64,000 bases of DNA from Rhizobium sp. Q54 (lineage in GTDB: Bacteria > Pseudomonadota > Alphaproteobacteria > UBA2966 > CAIVPW01). Position 1 is the first letter of the stretch. Each line of letters opens with the position of its first letter. The position numbers were made by a program, and so were the translations under genes. The stretch covers positions 7,728-71,727 of the forward strand of contig CAMDCA010000005.1 of the NCBI GenBank assembly GCA_945889645.1. Reading direction: 5' to 3'. The notes beneath the pieces were generated by a model. The model was not told where the DNA came from. It made no database searches and saw only the letters and a list, made by a program, of their open reading frames with translations. Shown one piece after another: positions 53,770-63,814 of this stretch.

Positions 53770-54486
53770 ATGCGCCCGTCCGGCCGCCTGCCGAACCAAA
53801 TGCGAGCGGTTTCTCTTGAACCGGGCGTTTCCAAGTACGCGGAGGGCTCGTGCATGGCCCGTTTCGGCGACACGCACGTGCTGTGCACGGCCACCGTTGA
53901 GGAAAAAGTGCCGCCGTTCCTGCGCAACACCGGGCGCGGGTGGATCACCGCCGAATACGGCATGCTGCCGCGCTCGACCGGCGAGCGCACCGAGCGCGAG
54001 GCCAGCAAGGGCAAGCAGAGCGGACGCACCCAGGAAATCCAGCGTCTGATTGGCCGATCCCTGCGCGCCGTGACCGACCTCGCCGCGCTGGGCGAGCGCC
54101 AGGTGCGCATCGACTGCGACGTCATCCAGGCCGACGGCGGCACGCGGACCGCCGCGATCACCGGCGCATTCGTGGCGCTGTCCGTGGCGTTCAAGGGTCT
54201 AGTGAAAGCGCATTCGATCCGCGCCATCCCGCTCGCCAGCAGCGTCGCGGCCATCTCCTGCGGCATCACGGCCGAGGGCCCGGTGCTCGATCTCGACTAT
54301 GCCGAAGACGTGAAGGCCCATGCCGACGCCAATTTCGTCATGACGGCCGACGGCAAGCTCGTCGAAGTCCAGGGCACCGCCGAGGCGGCGCCGTTCTCGC
54401 GCGACGAGTTCACCCGCCTGCTCGACCTTGCGCAGGAAGGGATCGCCGAGTTGGTGCTGCTGCAGAACCGTGCGCTCGCCCTCTAA
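53770..54486 (+). CDS. rph: Ribonuclease PH
   Basis: [36 protein letters not shown]. Confidence 0.96.
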   Translation: MRPSGRLPNQMRAVSLEPGVSKYAEGSCMARFGDTHVLCTATVEEKVPPFLRNTGRGWITAEYGMLPRSTGERTEREASKGKQSGRTQEIQRLIGRSLRAVTDLAALGERQVRIDCDVIQADGGTRTAAITGAFVALSVAFKGLVKAHSIRAIPLASSVAAISCGITAEGPVLDLDYAEDVKAHADANFVMTADGKLVEVQGTAEAAPFSRDEFTRLLDLAQEGIAELVLLQNRALAL

Positions 54487-55093
54487 GCATCGCCGCCTGA
54501 CCGGGACCGAATTGGTCCTGGCCACCCACAACGCCGGCAAGGTGCGCGAGATCCGGGAGCTTCTGGCGCCGTACCACCTGACCGTGACTGCGGCCGGCGA
54601 TCTTGGCCTGCCGGAGCCGGACGAGACCGGCACGACGTTTATTGCCAATGCCGAATTGAAGGCACGCGCGGCGGCAACCGCCAGCGGCCTGCCGGCCCTC
54701 GCCGACGACTCCGGTCTGGTCGTGGATGCCTTGGGCGGTGCGCCGGGCATCTATTCGGCGCGCTGGGCCGGTCCCGCCAAGGACTTTGACGCCGCCATGG
54801 CGCGCGTGCAGCGCGAACTAGCAGCCGGAGGGATCGGGGCGCGGACCGCGCACTTCACCGCCGCCCTTGCCTTGGCGTGGCCCGACGGCCATGTCGAGAC
54901 GTTCGAAGGCTACGTGCGCGGTACCGTGGTTTGGCCGCCGCGCGGGACCCGCGGCTTCGGCTACGATCCGATGTTCGTGCCAAAGGGCCAGGCCCAGTCG
55001 TTCGGTGAGCTCGATCCCGCGTTCAAGCATGCCATCAGTCACCGCGCCGATGCCTTTCGCCAGCTCGTCGCAGCCTGTCTTGCGCGCGAGTGA
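54470..55093 (+). CDS. rdgB: dITP/XTP pyrophosphatase
   Basis: ATHNAGK, ADDSGL, PGIYSAR, GFGYDP, SHRA; start uncertain. Confidence 0.93.
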   Translation: MRSPSKHRRLTGTELVLATHNAGKVREIRELLAPYHLTVTAAGDLGLPEPDETGTTFIANAELKARAAATASGLPALADDSGLVVDALGGAPGIYSARWAGPAKDFDAAMARVQRELAAGGIGARTAHFTAALALAWPDGHVETFEGYVRGTVVWPPRGTRGFGYDPMFVPKGQAQSFGELDPAFKHAISHRADAFRQLVAACLARE

Positions 55094-55118
55094 CGCGCGC
55101 GCTGGGCACGCCTCCGGC

Positions 55119-56294
55119 GTGACGCCTCGGCCTGCTCCGAGTCGCGATCCTGGATTCGGGATCTACGTGCACTGGCCGTTCTGTCTGTCGAAGTGCCCAT
55201 ACTGCGACTTCAACAGTCACGTGCGCGGCAGCATCGACCACGATCGGTGGCGCGCCGCGTACAAGCGCGAGATCGCGTCGGCGGCAGCGCGCACCGGCAA
55301 ACCGACGGTCACCAGCATTTTCTTCGGCGGCGGCACGCCATCCCTGATGGAATCCGCGACGGTGGCGACGGTGCTCGATGGCATCGCGGCGTCGTTCACG
55401 CTGGCGCCCGATGTCGAGATTACGCTCGAAGCCAATCCGACTTCGGCAGAGTCGGTGCGCTTCCGCGACTATCGCGCCGCCGGCGTGAACCGCTTGTCGC
55501 TCGGTATGCAGGCGCTCGACGACGCCTCGCTGAAGTTCCTGGGCCGCGAGCACTCGACAGCGCAGGCGCGCGCGGCACTCGCTGCCGGGTCCGCCGTGTT
55601 TGATCGCACGTCGTTCGACTTGATCTACGCGCGGCCGGGACAAAGCGTCGCCGATTGGCGCCGCGAACTCACCGAAGCGCTCGGATTCGGCACCGATCAC
55701 TTGTCGGTCTACCAATTGACCATCGAGGAAGGCACGCGCTTCTACGACAAGGCGTTGGCGGGCGATCTGGTCGTGCCCGACGAAGATGTACAGGCAGACC
55801 TTTACGACATTACGCAGGAGCTGTGTGACGCGGCGGGGCTACCGGCCTACGAGATTTCCAACCACGCGCGCGCCGGCAGCGAGTGCCGCCACAACCTGAC
55901 GTACTGGCGATCCGGCGATTGGGTCGGCATCGGACCCGGTGCGCACGGGCGCCTGACGCAAGCCGGCGGCCGTGTCGCGACCCGCGCCATTCGCAGTCCA
56001 GAGGGCTGGCTCTCTGCTGTAGAGACGGCGGGCTCGGGTGCCGAACCGGACGAGGCGCTCGATTCGGATGCCGCGCTGCGCGAGCGCGTGCTGATGGGCC
56101 TGCGCCTGAGCGAAGGACTGGATGCGACGGCGTTTCAATGCGCCGTCGGATTTCCGGTGCAGCAGGTGTTCGGGCCCGCGCTCGATGGCTTGGTCGCGGA
56201 TGGGTTTGTCATCTGGGACGGAGATACAGTGCGCGCCACCGAGCGCGGCCGTCTGGTCCTCAACCGGGTGATCGCGACGCTGCTCGGCGACTAG
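55119..56294 (+). CDS. hemW: Radical SAM heme chaperone
   Basis: YVHWPFCLSKCPYCDFN, GGGTPS, YEISN, HNLTYW; start uncertain. Confidence 0.9.
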   Translation: MTPRPAPSRDPGFGIYVHWPFCLSKCPYCDFNSHVRGSIDHDRWRAAYKREIASAAARTGKPTVTSIFFGGGTPSLMESATVATVLDGIAASFTLAPDVEITLEANPTSAESVRFRDYRAAGVNRLSLGMQALDDASLKFLGREHSTAQARAALAAGSAVFDRTSFDLIYARPGQSVADWRRELTEALGFGTDHLSVYQLTIEEGTRFYDKALAGDLVVPDEDVQADLYDITQELCDAAGLPAYEISNHARAGSECRHNLTYWRSGDWVGIGPGAHGRLTQAGGRVATRAIRSPEGWLSAVETAGSGAEPDEALDSDAALRERVLMGLRLSEGLDATAFQCAVGFPVQQVFGPALDGLVADGFVIWDGDTVRATERGRLVLNRVIATLLGD

Positions 56295-57691
56295 TTGGTG
56301 ACCGGCAGGAATGTTTGCGCGGCGGCGTCGATGACGCGCGGTCCGCGCGCCGTCACCTCCAGCACCGCCAGTCCGCGCTCTGCAACCCCGCTCGGCAGGA
56401 AGCGGAAGATGCCGTCGGTGCCGGCGAACCCGCTCGGCGACATCAGCGCGTTGCGGCTGAAGTCGGCGGCCCCTTCATTGCGCGCCAGCGCCGACGCCAG
56501 CGCGACGGCGTCGTACGCTTGGGTGGCGATGCGCGCGGCACGGTAGCCGTACAGCGCGGTGAAGCGTTCCATGAACGCGGCGGTGTTATCCGGAGGAGCC
56601 GCTGCGTACCAGCCGCCGACCAGGGATGGTTCTTGGCCCGACGTCGGGTCGTCCCACAGGCCGGTGCCAAGGAAGCGCACTTGGCGCGGATCAATGTCGA
56701 AGAACGGCAGCAGCGGCGCGATCTGGCGCAGCGCGGCGCCACCTTCGGCAATCAACAGGGCGTCGTAACCGGGCCCGCCCAGGGTATCGAGGCCGGCAAG
56801 CTGATTGAGCTGCCCACGCGCCTCGGCGTCGCCCTGGGCCTCCAGCACGCGGCGGCGTGCAAGCAGACGGTCGCGGCGCGCCTGATAGCGCGCCAGGCCG
56901 CGCACTTGCTCCATCACGTCTTGCGCCGTCGGCGGATAGAACGCGACGTCGGTCAGTTCGCCGCCGAGCTGGGCGGCGGCAAAGCGCAACTCTTGCACCA
57001 CGGCCGTGCCGTACGGAGTCTCGGGCGCCAGGGCGGCGAAGCGCTTCAGGCCGCGCGATGCGGCGAACGCGGCGATGCGGTCCACTTGCTGTTGCGGCAC
57101 GAAGCCCAACAGGAAGACTCCGTCGCCCGCCACCTGGATGTCGGTCGAAAACGCGACGATGGTGACGTTGCGGGCCCGAGCCAGCGGCGCGACGACTGCG
57201 ACCTCGGCGCTGAACAGGGGCCCCAGGATCAACTCGGCGCCTTCCTGCAGCACGCCCGCCGCTGCGACGCGCGCGCCCTCTGGGGTGCCCTGGGTATCGC
57301 GCGGCATCAGCGTGACGCGGGCGTTGCCCGCCTCGTGCAGCGCCATCAGGGCGGCGTCGAGCATTGCCTGGCCGGTTGCCTGCTCGGGGCCGCTGAGCGG
57401 TAATAGAAGTGCGACGCGAATACTCGCGGTGGCCGGGCGAACCAGTTGGGGCGGCGGGGGAGTCAGGCGCGGGGCCTCGACCACGGCCGGTGGGGTGGGT
57501 ACGACCGGCACAGTCTGACCCGGCGTCTGCCGTTGCGGCGCGGCCGGCCGCGGCGGCGTGATCTCGACCAGCGGCGCTGGTGCGGTCGTGGCGATCCCGC
57601 CTAGTCTAGGAACCGAACAGGCGGCTAGGCCGCACAGGACGAGCGCCGCGGCCAAGCCCGCGACCATTCGTACGGCCGAGCGGCGACTCAT
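56291..57691 (-). CDS. LppC/LpoA-like penicillin-binding protein activator lipoprotein
   Basis: Lipobox LAAC, Pro-rich linker, VALLLPLSG, ILGPLF, GF.G.DGIFRF. Confidence 0.85.
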   Translation of the reverse strand: MSRRSAVRMVAGLAAALVLCGLAACSVPRLGGIATTAPAPLVEITPPRPAAPQRQTPGQTVPVVPTPPAVVEAPRLTPPPPQLVRPATASIRVALLLPLSGPEQATGQAMLDAALMALHEAGNARVTLMPRDTQGTPEGARVAAAGVLQEGAELILGPLFSAEVAVVAPLARARNVTIVAFSTDIQVAGDGVFLLGFVPQQQVDRIAAFAASRGLKRFAALAPETPYGTAVVQELRFAAAQLGGELTDVAFYPPTAQDVMEQVRGLARYQARRDRLLARRRVLEAQGDAEARGQLNQLAGLDTLGGPGYDALLIAEGGAALRQIAPLLPFFDIDPRQVRFLGTGLWDDPTSGQEPSLVGGWYAAAPPDNTAAFMERFTALYGYRAARIATQAYDAVALASALARNEGAADFSRNALMSPSGFAGTDGIFRFLPSGVAERGLAVLEVTARGPRVIDAAAQTFLPVTN

Positions 57692-57705
57692 TCCCATCGG
57701 CCCCA

Positions 57706-58611
57706 ATGACATCCTCTGTTGATCCCGAAGACGAAGCTAGCGATGCGCCGGTGCCGCCGCAACCGGACGACGGCGAGGCGCTCGCCCCGGCTCTTTATAT
57801 CGTCGCCACGCCGATCGGTAATCTGCAGGACATCACGCTGCGCGCGCTCGACATGCTTCGGCGCGTTGACCTGATCGCCTGTGAGGACACCCGCGTCACG
57901 GCCAAGCTGCTCACGCGCCACGGCATTCATGCGCCGACGACGCCGTACCACGACGCCAATGCCGAGCGCGCCCGGCCGGCGCTGCTACGGCGCCTGCAAG
58001 GCGGGGCTGCCATCGCCCTGGTGTCCGACGCCGGAACGCCGCTGGTCTCCGATCCGGGCTTCAAGCTGGTGCGCGAGGCGATTGCCGCCGGGATTCGGGT
58101 CGTGCCCATTCCGGGAGCTTCCGCGGTTCTGACCGCCTTAATGGTTGCCGGGTTGCCGACCGACCGGTTCCTGTTTGTCGGCTTCCTTCCCTCCAGGCAG
58201 GGGCAACGCCTGCGTGCGCTGGAGGAGATGCGCGACGTTCGCGCCACCCTGGTGGTGCTCGAGGCACAGCAGCGCCTGGCCGAGAGTCTCGCCGACATGC
58301 AAACGGTCTTCGGGCCGCGCGAGGCGGTGATCGCCCGCGAACTGACGAAGCATTTCGAGGAGACGGTGCGCGGCAAGTTGGGCGAACTTGCGGCGCGCTA
58401 TGAATCGGCGCCGCCCAAGGGCGAGATCGTCATCGTCATCGCGCCGCCCGCCGAGGCCGACCGGATCGCCGACGACGCCGAGGTCGATGTGCTTCTGAAG
58501 GATGCCCTGCAAGCCCACTCGCCATCGGACGCGGCGGCAGATGTCGCCCGCCGCACCGGGCGGACGCGCCGCGAGGTCTACGCGCGGGCGCTCGCTCTGC
58601 GCCAGAAGTGA
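57706..58611 (+). CDS. rsmI: 16S rRNA C1402 2'-O-methyltransferase
   Basis: LYIVATPIGNL.DIT, CEDTR, VSDAGTP.VSDPG, RELTK.FEE. Confidence 0.95.
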   Translation: MTSSVDPEDEASDAPVPPQPDDGEALAPALYIVATPIGNLQDITLRALDMLRRVDLIACEDTRVTAKLLTRHGIHAPTTPYHDANAERARPALLRRLQGGAAIALVSDAGTPLVSDPGFKLVREAIAAGIRVVPIPGASAVLTALMVAGLPTDRFLFVGFLPSRQGQRLRALEEMRDVRATLVVLEAQQRLAESLADMQTVFGPREAVIARELTKHFEETVRGKLGELAARYESAPPKGEIVIVIAPPAEADRIADDAEVDVLLKDALQAHSPSDAAADVARRTGRTRREVYARALALRQK

Positions 58612-58976
58612 GCCGGCTGGGCCGTCGCGCGGCCGAGCGCGGCGGGCGCATCGCCGAGACCAAGTGCGCCGTGTGGCTGATGCTGCATGGCTGGCGCATT
58701 GTCGCGCGCCGCTCGAAGCATCCGGTCGGCGAGGTCGACCTGGTGGCACGCCGCGGCCGCGTACTCGCCTTCATCGAGGTCAAGGCGCGGGGCAGCGTAA
58801 GCGCCGCGGCAGAGTCGATCTTGCCGCGCCAGCAGGAGCGCATCGCGCGTGCCGCCGCGGCGTTCCTGCAGACTCGCCCGCACCTGGCCGCCCTCGACCC
58901 GCGCTTCGATGTTATGCTCGTCGCACCGCGGCGCCTGCCGGTTCATATTCCGAACGCCTGGCATATACTGCGTTGA
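58608..58976 (+). CDS. yraN: YraN-family protein
   Basis: G..AE, GEVDLVA, FIEVKAR, RFDV, HIPNAW. Confidence 0.9.
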   Translation: MSRLGRRAAERGGRIAETKCAVWLMLHGWRIVARRSKHPVGEVDLVARRGRVLAFIEVKARGSVSAAAESILPRQQERIARAAAAFLQTRPHLAALDPRFDVMLVAPRRLPVHIPNAWHILR

Positions 58977-59022
58977 GGTTGCGCGGTTTCCGCGCCCGTT
59001 CGCAACGAGGCGGTCCCATCGC

Positions 59023-59622
59023 ATGATTCAAACCCTAACCATCCGCGGCCTCGCCGCGATCACTTTGTGCGGCCTGCTGGTATCGACGGGCTGCGCGCCC
59101 CTCATCATCGGCGGCGCCGCGACGGCCGGTTTGGCCGTGGCGCAAGAGCGCACGATTGGCGATGCGATCGACGACACCGTCATCCAGGCGCGCGTCAAGG
59201 ACAAGCTCCTACAGGCATCGAGCAATTTGTTCCTGCGGGTCAGCACCGAGGTCCTCGAAGGCCGCGTGCTGCTCACCGGCAGCGTCCCCACCGCGCAGGA
59301 TCGCGTCGAGGCAGTGCGCCTGACGTGGACGGTTTCCGGCGTACGCGAAGTCCTGAACGAACTGCAGGTGACGGAGCGTGGCGGCCTCGCCGACACACTG
59401 GCCGACGCGCGCATCACCACCACGCTACGTTTCCAAATCATGGGCGATCGCAGCGTGAGCGACATCAACTACTCGATCGATACGGTCAACGGCATTGTCT
59501 ACCTGATCGGCATCGCCCAGACCCAGGCGGAACTTGACCGGGTGCTGGGCTACGCACGCAACATCAGTGGCGTGAAACAGGTCGTCAGCCACGTCGTGCT
59601 GCGCAACGATCCGCGCCGCTAG
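59023..59622 (+). CDS. Dual-BON-domain lipoprotein (DolP/YraP-like)
   Basis: Lipobox-like STGC, two BON domains (GRVLLTG; NGIVYLIG). Confidence 0.85.
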   Translation: MIQTLTIRGLAAITLCGLLVSTGCAPLIIGGAATAGLAVAQERTIGDAIDDTVIQARVKDKLLQASSNLFLRVSTEVLEGRVLLTGSVPTAQDRVEAVRLTWTVSGVREVLNELQVTERGGLADTLADARITTTLRFQIMGDRSVSDINYSIDTVNGIVYLIGIAQTQAELDRVLGYARNISGVKQVVSHVVLRNDPRR

Positions 59623-59631
59623 GCGTTTCCC

Positions 59632-60588
59632 ATGCCACTGCGTGTCGCCATCCAAATGGACCCGATTGAGTCCATCGACATCGGGGCCGACTCGACGTTC
59701 GTGCTCGGTCTGGAGGCGCAGGCGCGCGGCCACAGCCTGCTGCACTACCACCCGCGCAGCCTCGTGCTGTCCGAACGCAAGGTATCGGCGCGCGCGCGTC
59801 CGCTGGCCTTGCGCAACGAGCGCGGCAACCACTTCACCCTCGGTGCGCCGTCGATCGTGGACTTGAGCCACATGGACGTCGTGCTGATGCGGCAGGATCC
59901 GCCGTTCGACATGGCGTACATCACGGCGACGCACATTCTCGAGCACCTGCCGAAGAAGACGCTGGTGGTGAACGATCCGGTCAGCGTGCGCAACGCACCC
60001 GAGAAATTGTTTGTCACCCACTTCGATGGCGTCATGCCGCCGACGTTGATCACCTCCGACCGTGAACAGATCGCCGCGTTCCGTGCCACGCACCGTGACA
60101 TCATCGTCAAGCCGCTGTACGGCAACGGCGGCGCCGGCGTGTTCCACGTCACGCCGGACGACGAGAACCTCGGCGCGCTGATGGAGATGTTCACCAGCCT
60201 CTATCGCGAGCCGATCATGGTGCAGCGCTACATCCCCGAGGTGCGGGTCGGCGACAAGCGCATCATCCTGATCGACGGCGAACCGGCGGGCGCCATCCTG
60301 CGCGTCCCGAGGTCTGCCGAGGCGCGCTCCAATCTGCACGCCGGCGGCACCGCGCGCGCGACGACCCTCGACAAGCGCGAGCGCGAACTGTGCGCCATCA
60401 TCGGCCCGCGCCTGCGAGAGCTAGGTCTGGTGTTCGCCGGCATCGATGTGATCGGCGGGTTCCTGACCGAGATCAACGTCACCTCGCCCACCGGGCTGCA
60501 GGAAGTGAACCGCTTCGACGGCGTCCGCCTCGAAGCCCGCGTTTGGGATGCCATCGACCGCCGCCTGGCGGAGCGCCGCGCCGCCTAG
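59632..60588 (+). CDS. gshB: Glutathione synthetase
   Basis: QMDP, MRQDPPFDM.YI, KPLYGNGG, GDKRI, TEINVTSPTG. Confidence 0.96.
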   Translation: MPLRVAIQMDPIESIDIGADSTFVLGLEAQARGHSLLHYHPRSLVLSERKVSARARPLALRNERGNHFTLGAPSIVDLSHMDVVLMRQDPPFDMAYITATHILEHLPKKTLVVNDPVSVRNAPEKLFVTHFDGVMPPTLITSDREQIAAFRATHRDIIVKPLYGNGGAGVFHVTPDDENLGALMEMFTSLYREPIMVQRYIPEVRVGDKRIILIDGEPAGAILRVPRSAEARSNLHAGGTARATTLDKRERELCAIIGPRLRELGLVFAGIDVIGGFLTEINVTSPTGLQEVNRFDGVRLEARVWDAIDRRLAERRAA

Positions 60589-60669
60589 GGGCGGGAAACG
60601 CCCGGCGCCACCGCTACCTGGGCGAGCAAATCGCGCGGGACAATCTCGCGTCTAGGTAGTATATTGGCC

Positions 60670-60801
60670 GTGCAGTGACCCTGCACGGACCGACCCCCAG
60701 CCCTCTGCCAGACTGGCGGTCCGTAGACCCCCAGTGCCGTGCTTCGGTGCGGCCTGAAACGCCCGCGTCCCGCTCGTCCGGCGGGGCGCGGGCATCCTTT
60801 T
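60670..60801 (+). ncRNA. Candidate small RNA (~130 nt)
   Basis: GGGACA-N17-TATATT promoter, stem-loops including a cUUCGg hairpin with G-U pairs, GACCCCCAG twice, GC-rich terminator hairpin then ATCCTTTT. Confidence 0.6.
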
Positions 60802-60970
60802 GAGGGTCCGGCGTCGGCCCTCAGTCGCGGGCGCGGTTCACCATCGGCAAATTGAACATCGGCGTGCCGAGCTTGCCCATCAACTGCGCCCACAGCAGTA
60901 GCCACGCTGCTTCGTTCGCCGGCGAGCCTCGCCAACGGCCGGCGCCCGCCAGAAGCGGGTCAAGGGACGT

Positions 60971-62344
60971 TCAGACCGCGCCGGGCAGAACGATGCGCGT
61001 GGTCAACCCGCCGCCGTCGCGGTCCTCGAACGTGATGTCGCCGCCGTGCCCGCGCGCCACTGAGCGCGCCACGGCGAGGCCCAGGCCCATGCCGCCGGTC
61101 TCGCGGCTGCGCGAACTTTCGATGCGATAGAACGGGGCGAACACGCGTTCGCGCAGTTCAGCCGGAATGCCGGGGCCGCGATCTTGAATCAGCACCAGGT
61201 GACCGTCGCCTTCGGGCGTCAGCGTCACCAGTGCCTCGCTACCGTAGCGCACCGAATTGTCGATCAGGTTGGCGAATGCGCGCCGCAGAGCCACCGGGCG
61301 GCCGTGCAGCACGGCGCGATCCGGGCCCTGGTAGCGCACGTTCTGTCCGGCATCGGCGTGATCGGCGCACAGACTCTGCAGCAGCGCGGCCAAGTCGAGA
61401 CGCGCGCGCGGCTCCTGCACGGCCTCGTCGCGCGCGAACGCCAAAGTCGACTCCAGCATCTGCTGCATTTCGTCCAGGTCGTTGACGGCCTTGGCGCGCT
61501 GCTCGTTGTCGTCGATGAACTCGGCGCGCAGCTTGAGACGGGTCAGCGCCGTGCGCAGGTCGTGCGAAATAGCCGCCATCATCATGGTGCGATCGTCGAC
61601 GTAACGGCGCAGGCGCTCCTGCATGCGATTAAAGGCGCGAATGGCCCGCCGGACCTCCGGGGAGCCATTCTCCGGCAGTGGCGGCGCATTGACGTCGGTG
61701 CCGAAGCGATCGGCCGCAAGCGCGAACTGGCCGACTGGCGCCGCAGTTCGGCGTACCAGCAGGAACGCGACCGACAGCACCAGGAACGCCAGCGCGCCCC
61801 ACAGCCAGCCGCGCACCCACGGATCGCCCTCGGCGGGCTCCGGCCGCGCGTCGAACAACAGCCAGCCGCCGGTGACGGCGACCGCGACCAAGATGCCATC
61901 GCCGTCCGGTCCGCGCGTCGGCCAGATGCGGAACGGCCGATCGGCGAGGGGCGCCAGGCGCGGAACGACCTCCGCCGTCAGTCCTTCCGGCGGCGGCGGT
62001 TGCAGCGGCGGCGGCTGCGGTCGCAGGCTGACGGTAAAGTAGCGCGTGCTGACAAGGCGCGGAACGTCGCGCCGGCGCGGAACAGGCGCCGACTCGTACG
62101 TCTCAACGACGCTGATGACGCGCTGCGAAATCGTTTCGGCCTGCAGGGCGATCCGGCCGAGCGTCCGGTCGTAAATGTAGGTGACGAGCGGAATCGAACC
62201 GAACACGGCCAGTCCGACCAGCACGATGAGCATGACGCGGCCGGCGAGGCTTTGCACCCACTCGCGCCAGCCGCCCGCGTCACGCGACGGCGCCGCCGGA
62301 GCGACCGGCTCGTGCCGCGCCGGCAACTGCGGCAGGTCGGTCAC
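60971..62344 (-). CDS. EnvZ-like sensor histidine kinase
   Basis: Two TM segments, HAMP, SHDLRT H-box, NLIDN, DRGPGIP, GMGLGL. Confidence 0.93.
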   Translation of the reverse strand: MTDLPQLPARHEPVAPAAPSRDAGGWREWVQSLAGRVMLIVLVGLAVFGSIPLVTYIYDRTLGRIALQAETISQRVISVVETYESAPVPRRRDVPRLVSTRYFTVSLRPQPPPLQPPPPEGLTAEVVPRLAPLADRPFRIWPTRGPDGDGILVAVAVTGGWLLFDARPEPAEGDPWVRGWLWGALAFLVLSVAFLLVRRTAAPVGQFALAADRFGTDVNAPPLPENGSPEVRRAIRAFNRMQERLRRYVDDRTMMMAAISHDLRTALTRLKLRAEFIDDNEQRAKAVNDLDEMQQMLESTLAFARDEAVQEPRARLDLAALLQSLCADHADAGQNVRYQGPDRAVLHGRPVALRRAFANLIDNSVRYGSEALVTLTPEGDGHLVLIQDRGPGIPAELRERVFAPFYRIESSRSRETGGMGLGLAVARSVARGHGGDITFEDRDGGGLTTRIVLPGAV

Positions 62345-63054
62345 GGCCTAGAGACTTCGGAGGCGAACATGTAGCCGCCGCCGCGAACCGTCTTGATGCG
62401 CACCGGTTCGCGCGGATCGTCCTCGATCTTGCGGCGCAGGCGGCTGATCTGGACGTCGATGCTGCGGTCGAATGGAACGGTGTCGCGCCCGCGGGTCAGG
62501 TCCAGCAGCTGATCGCGCGTCAACACACGCTGGGCGCGTTCGACCAACGCGAGCAACAGGTCGTATTCGCCGGACGTCAGCGGGACGAGTTCGCCGTCCG
62601 GGCGGAACAGTTCGCGCCGGTCGGTGTCTAGCTTCCAGCCTTCGAACACCAGCACGCCCTTGCGGCCTTCGGCGCTTGGCGTCGACTCGGCGCGGCGCAT
62701 GACGGCGCGAATGCGCGCCAGCAACTCGCGCGGATTGAATGGTTTGGCGACGTAGTCGTCCGCACCCATCTCCAGGCCGATGATGCGATCGGTGTCCTCG
62801 CCGACCGCGGTCAGCATGATGACGGGCATCTGCGACGTCGACCGCACCCAGCGGCACAGCGCCAGGCCGTCCTCGCCCGGTAGCATGAGGTCGAGGACGA
62901 TGAGCTCGAAGCGTCCCGCCTCCATCGCCTTGCGCATTTCACGGCCGTCGGCCGCCGCCGTCGCCCGGAAGCCGTGCTTGCGCAGGAATCGGGACAGGAG
63001 GTCACGGATTTCGCGGTCGTCATCGACGATCAGGATGTGCGGGCTAGTTTCCAC
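62341..63054 (-). CDS. OmpR-family response regulator
   Basis: ILIVDDD, LDLMLPGEDG, KPFNPREL, DRSIDVQISRLR, TVRGGGY; start uncertain. Confidence 0.93.
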   Translation of the reverse strand: METSPHILIVDDDREIRDLLSRFLRKHGFRATAAADGREMRKAMEAGRFELIVLDLMLPGEDGLALCRWVRSTSQMPVIMLTAVGEDTDRIIGLEMGADDYVAKPFNPRELLARIRAVMRRAESTPSAEGRKGVLVFEGWKLDTDRRELFRPDGELVPLTSGEYDLLLALVERAQRVLTRDQLLDLTRGRDTVPFDRSIDVQISRLRRKIEDDPREPVRIKTVRGGGYMFASEVSRP

Positions 63055-63266
63055 CGCCTGAAATATAGCGGGAGGCGCGGGTTTTTCGGCCCCCAATGGT
63101 GACGAACGGTGTCAGGGGCGCTGTGCGGCAACGCCCTGTTACCAAAAGGGCCTCGCCGGAAACATACGGAAAGATGCGCGAAACGCGCGCGCAACAGGGG
63201 CGGCCTACAACCCGAGGGTGCGCGGCAACGTCGCCGTGACGGCTACGAATTCGAAGGAGAAACCCC

Positions 63267-63563
63267 ATGAACCTCAAGACCCTCGCCCTTTCCGCCGCCC
63301 TGGTTACCGGCCTTGTTGCGCCCATGGCGCAGGCCATCATCGTGGTTCCGGCCGCCTATGCCACCGGGGTCGTGACCGCAGTCGACGCAGCCCGCGGCAC
63401 CGTCACCGTGGACGGCATCGCCTACACGGCGACCCCCACCCGGCTGAACGACGTCACCACCGGCAGCCAGATCGGCGTCGCCTACCTCACGGTCGGCGGC
63501 AAGCTGACGGCCATCGCGATTGAGCCGGCGGCGACCGAGGCCGGCGACGAGATGGCCGAGTAG
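63267..63563 (+). CDS. Small secreted beta-rich protein (DUF1344/OB-fold-like)
   Basis: AAGGAG RBS, signal peptide ending AQA, TGVVTAVD...TVTVDG..Y...G.QI.VAY. Confidence 0.65.
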   Translation: MNLKTLALSAALVTGLVAPMAQAIIVVPAAYATGVVTAVDAARGTVTVDGIAYTATPTRLNDVTTGSQIGVAYLTVGGKLTAIAIEPAATEAGDEMAE

Positions 63564-63814
63564 GTAGTACCGCATAGTCCTGTTTTGCTCCGAAGCGGGG
63601 CGCGCGATGAGCGCGCTCCGTTTCGTTGTGAAGGGTGCCATCCCGCCGTTGACGCCAGCGCGTCCGGAGAATTGTTACGGATCATTGCGGCCGCTGTTCC
63701 TGCAATGGACGGTAACCAAACGCTCCTTGCCGCGAAATCGCGCCGCAATACGCTCTCTCTACAAATTCAATCGCGCGGCCGGAGCCGTGTGATTGAGGAC
63801 GCAAGGAGAGGCAA

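Noticed and set aside
60821..60970. Short minus-strand frame ending MGKLGTPMFNLPMVNRARD after the histidine kinase gene
   Set aside because: No convincing RBS or family similarity; could be a gene remnant but is unsupported.
60590..60970. Possible rnpB, SRP RNA, tmRNA or 6S RNA
   Set aside because: GAGGAAAGTCC, the SRP GGAAG/AGCAG loop and tRNA-like ends are absent, and the fold is multi-hairpin rather than a 6S rod.
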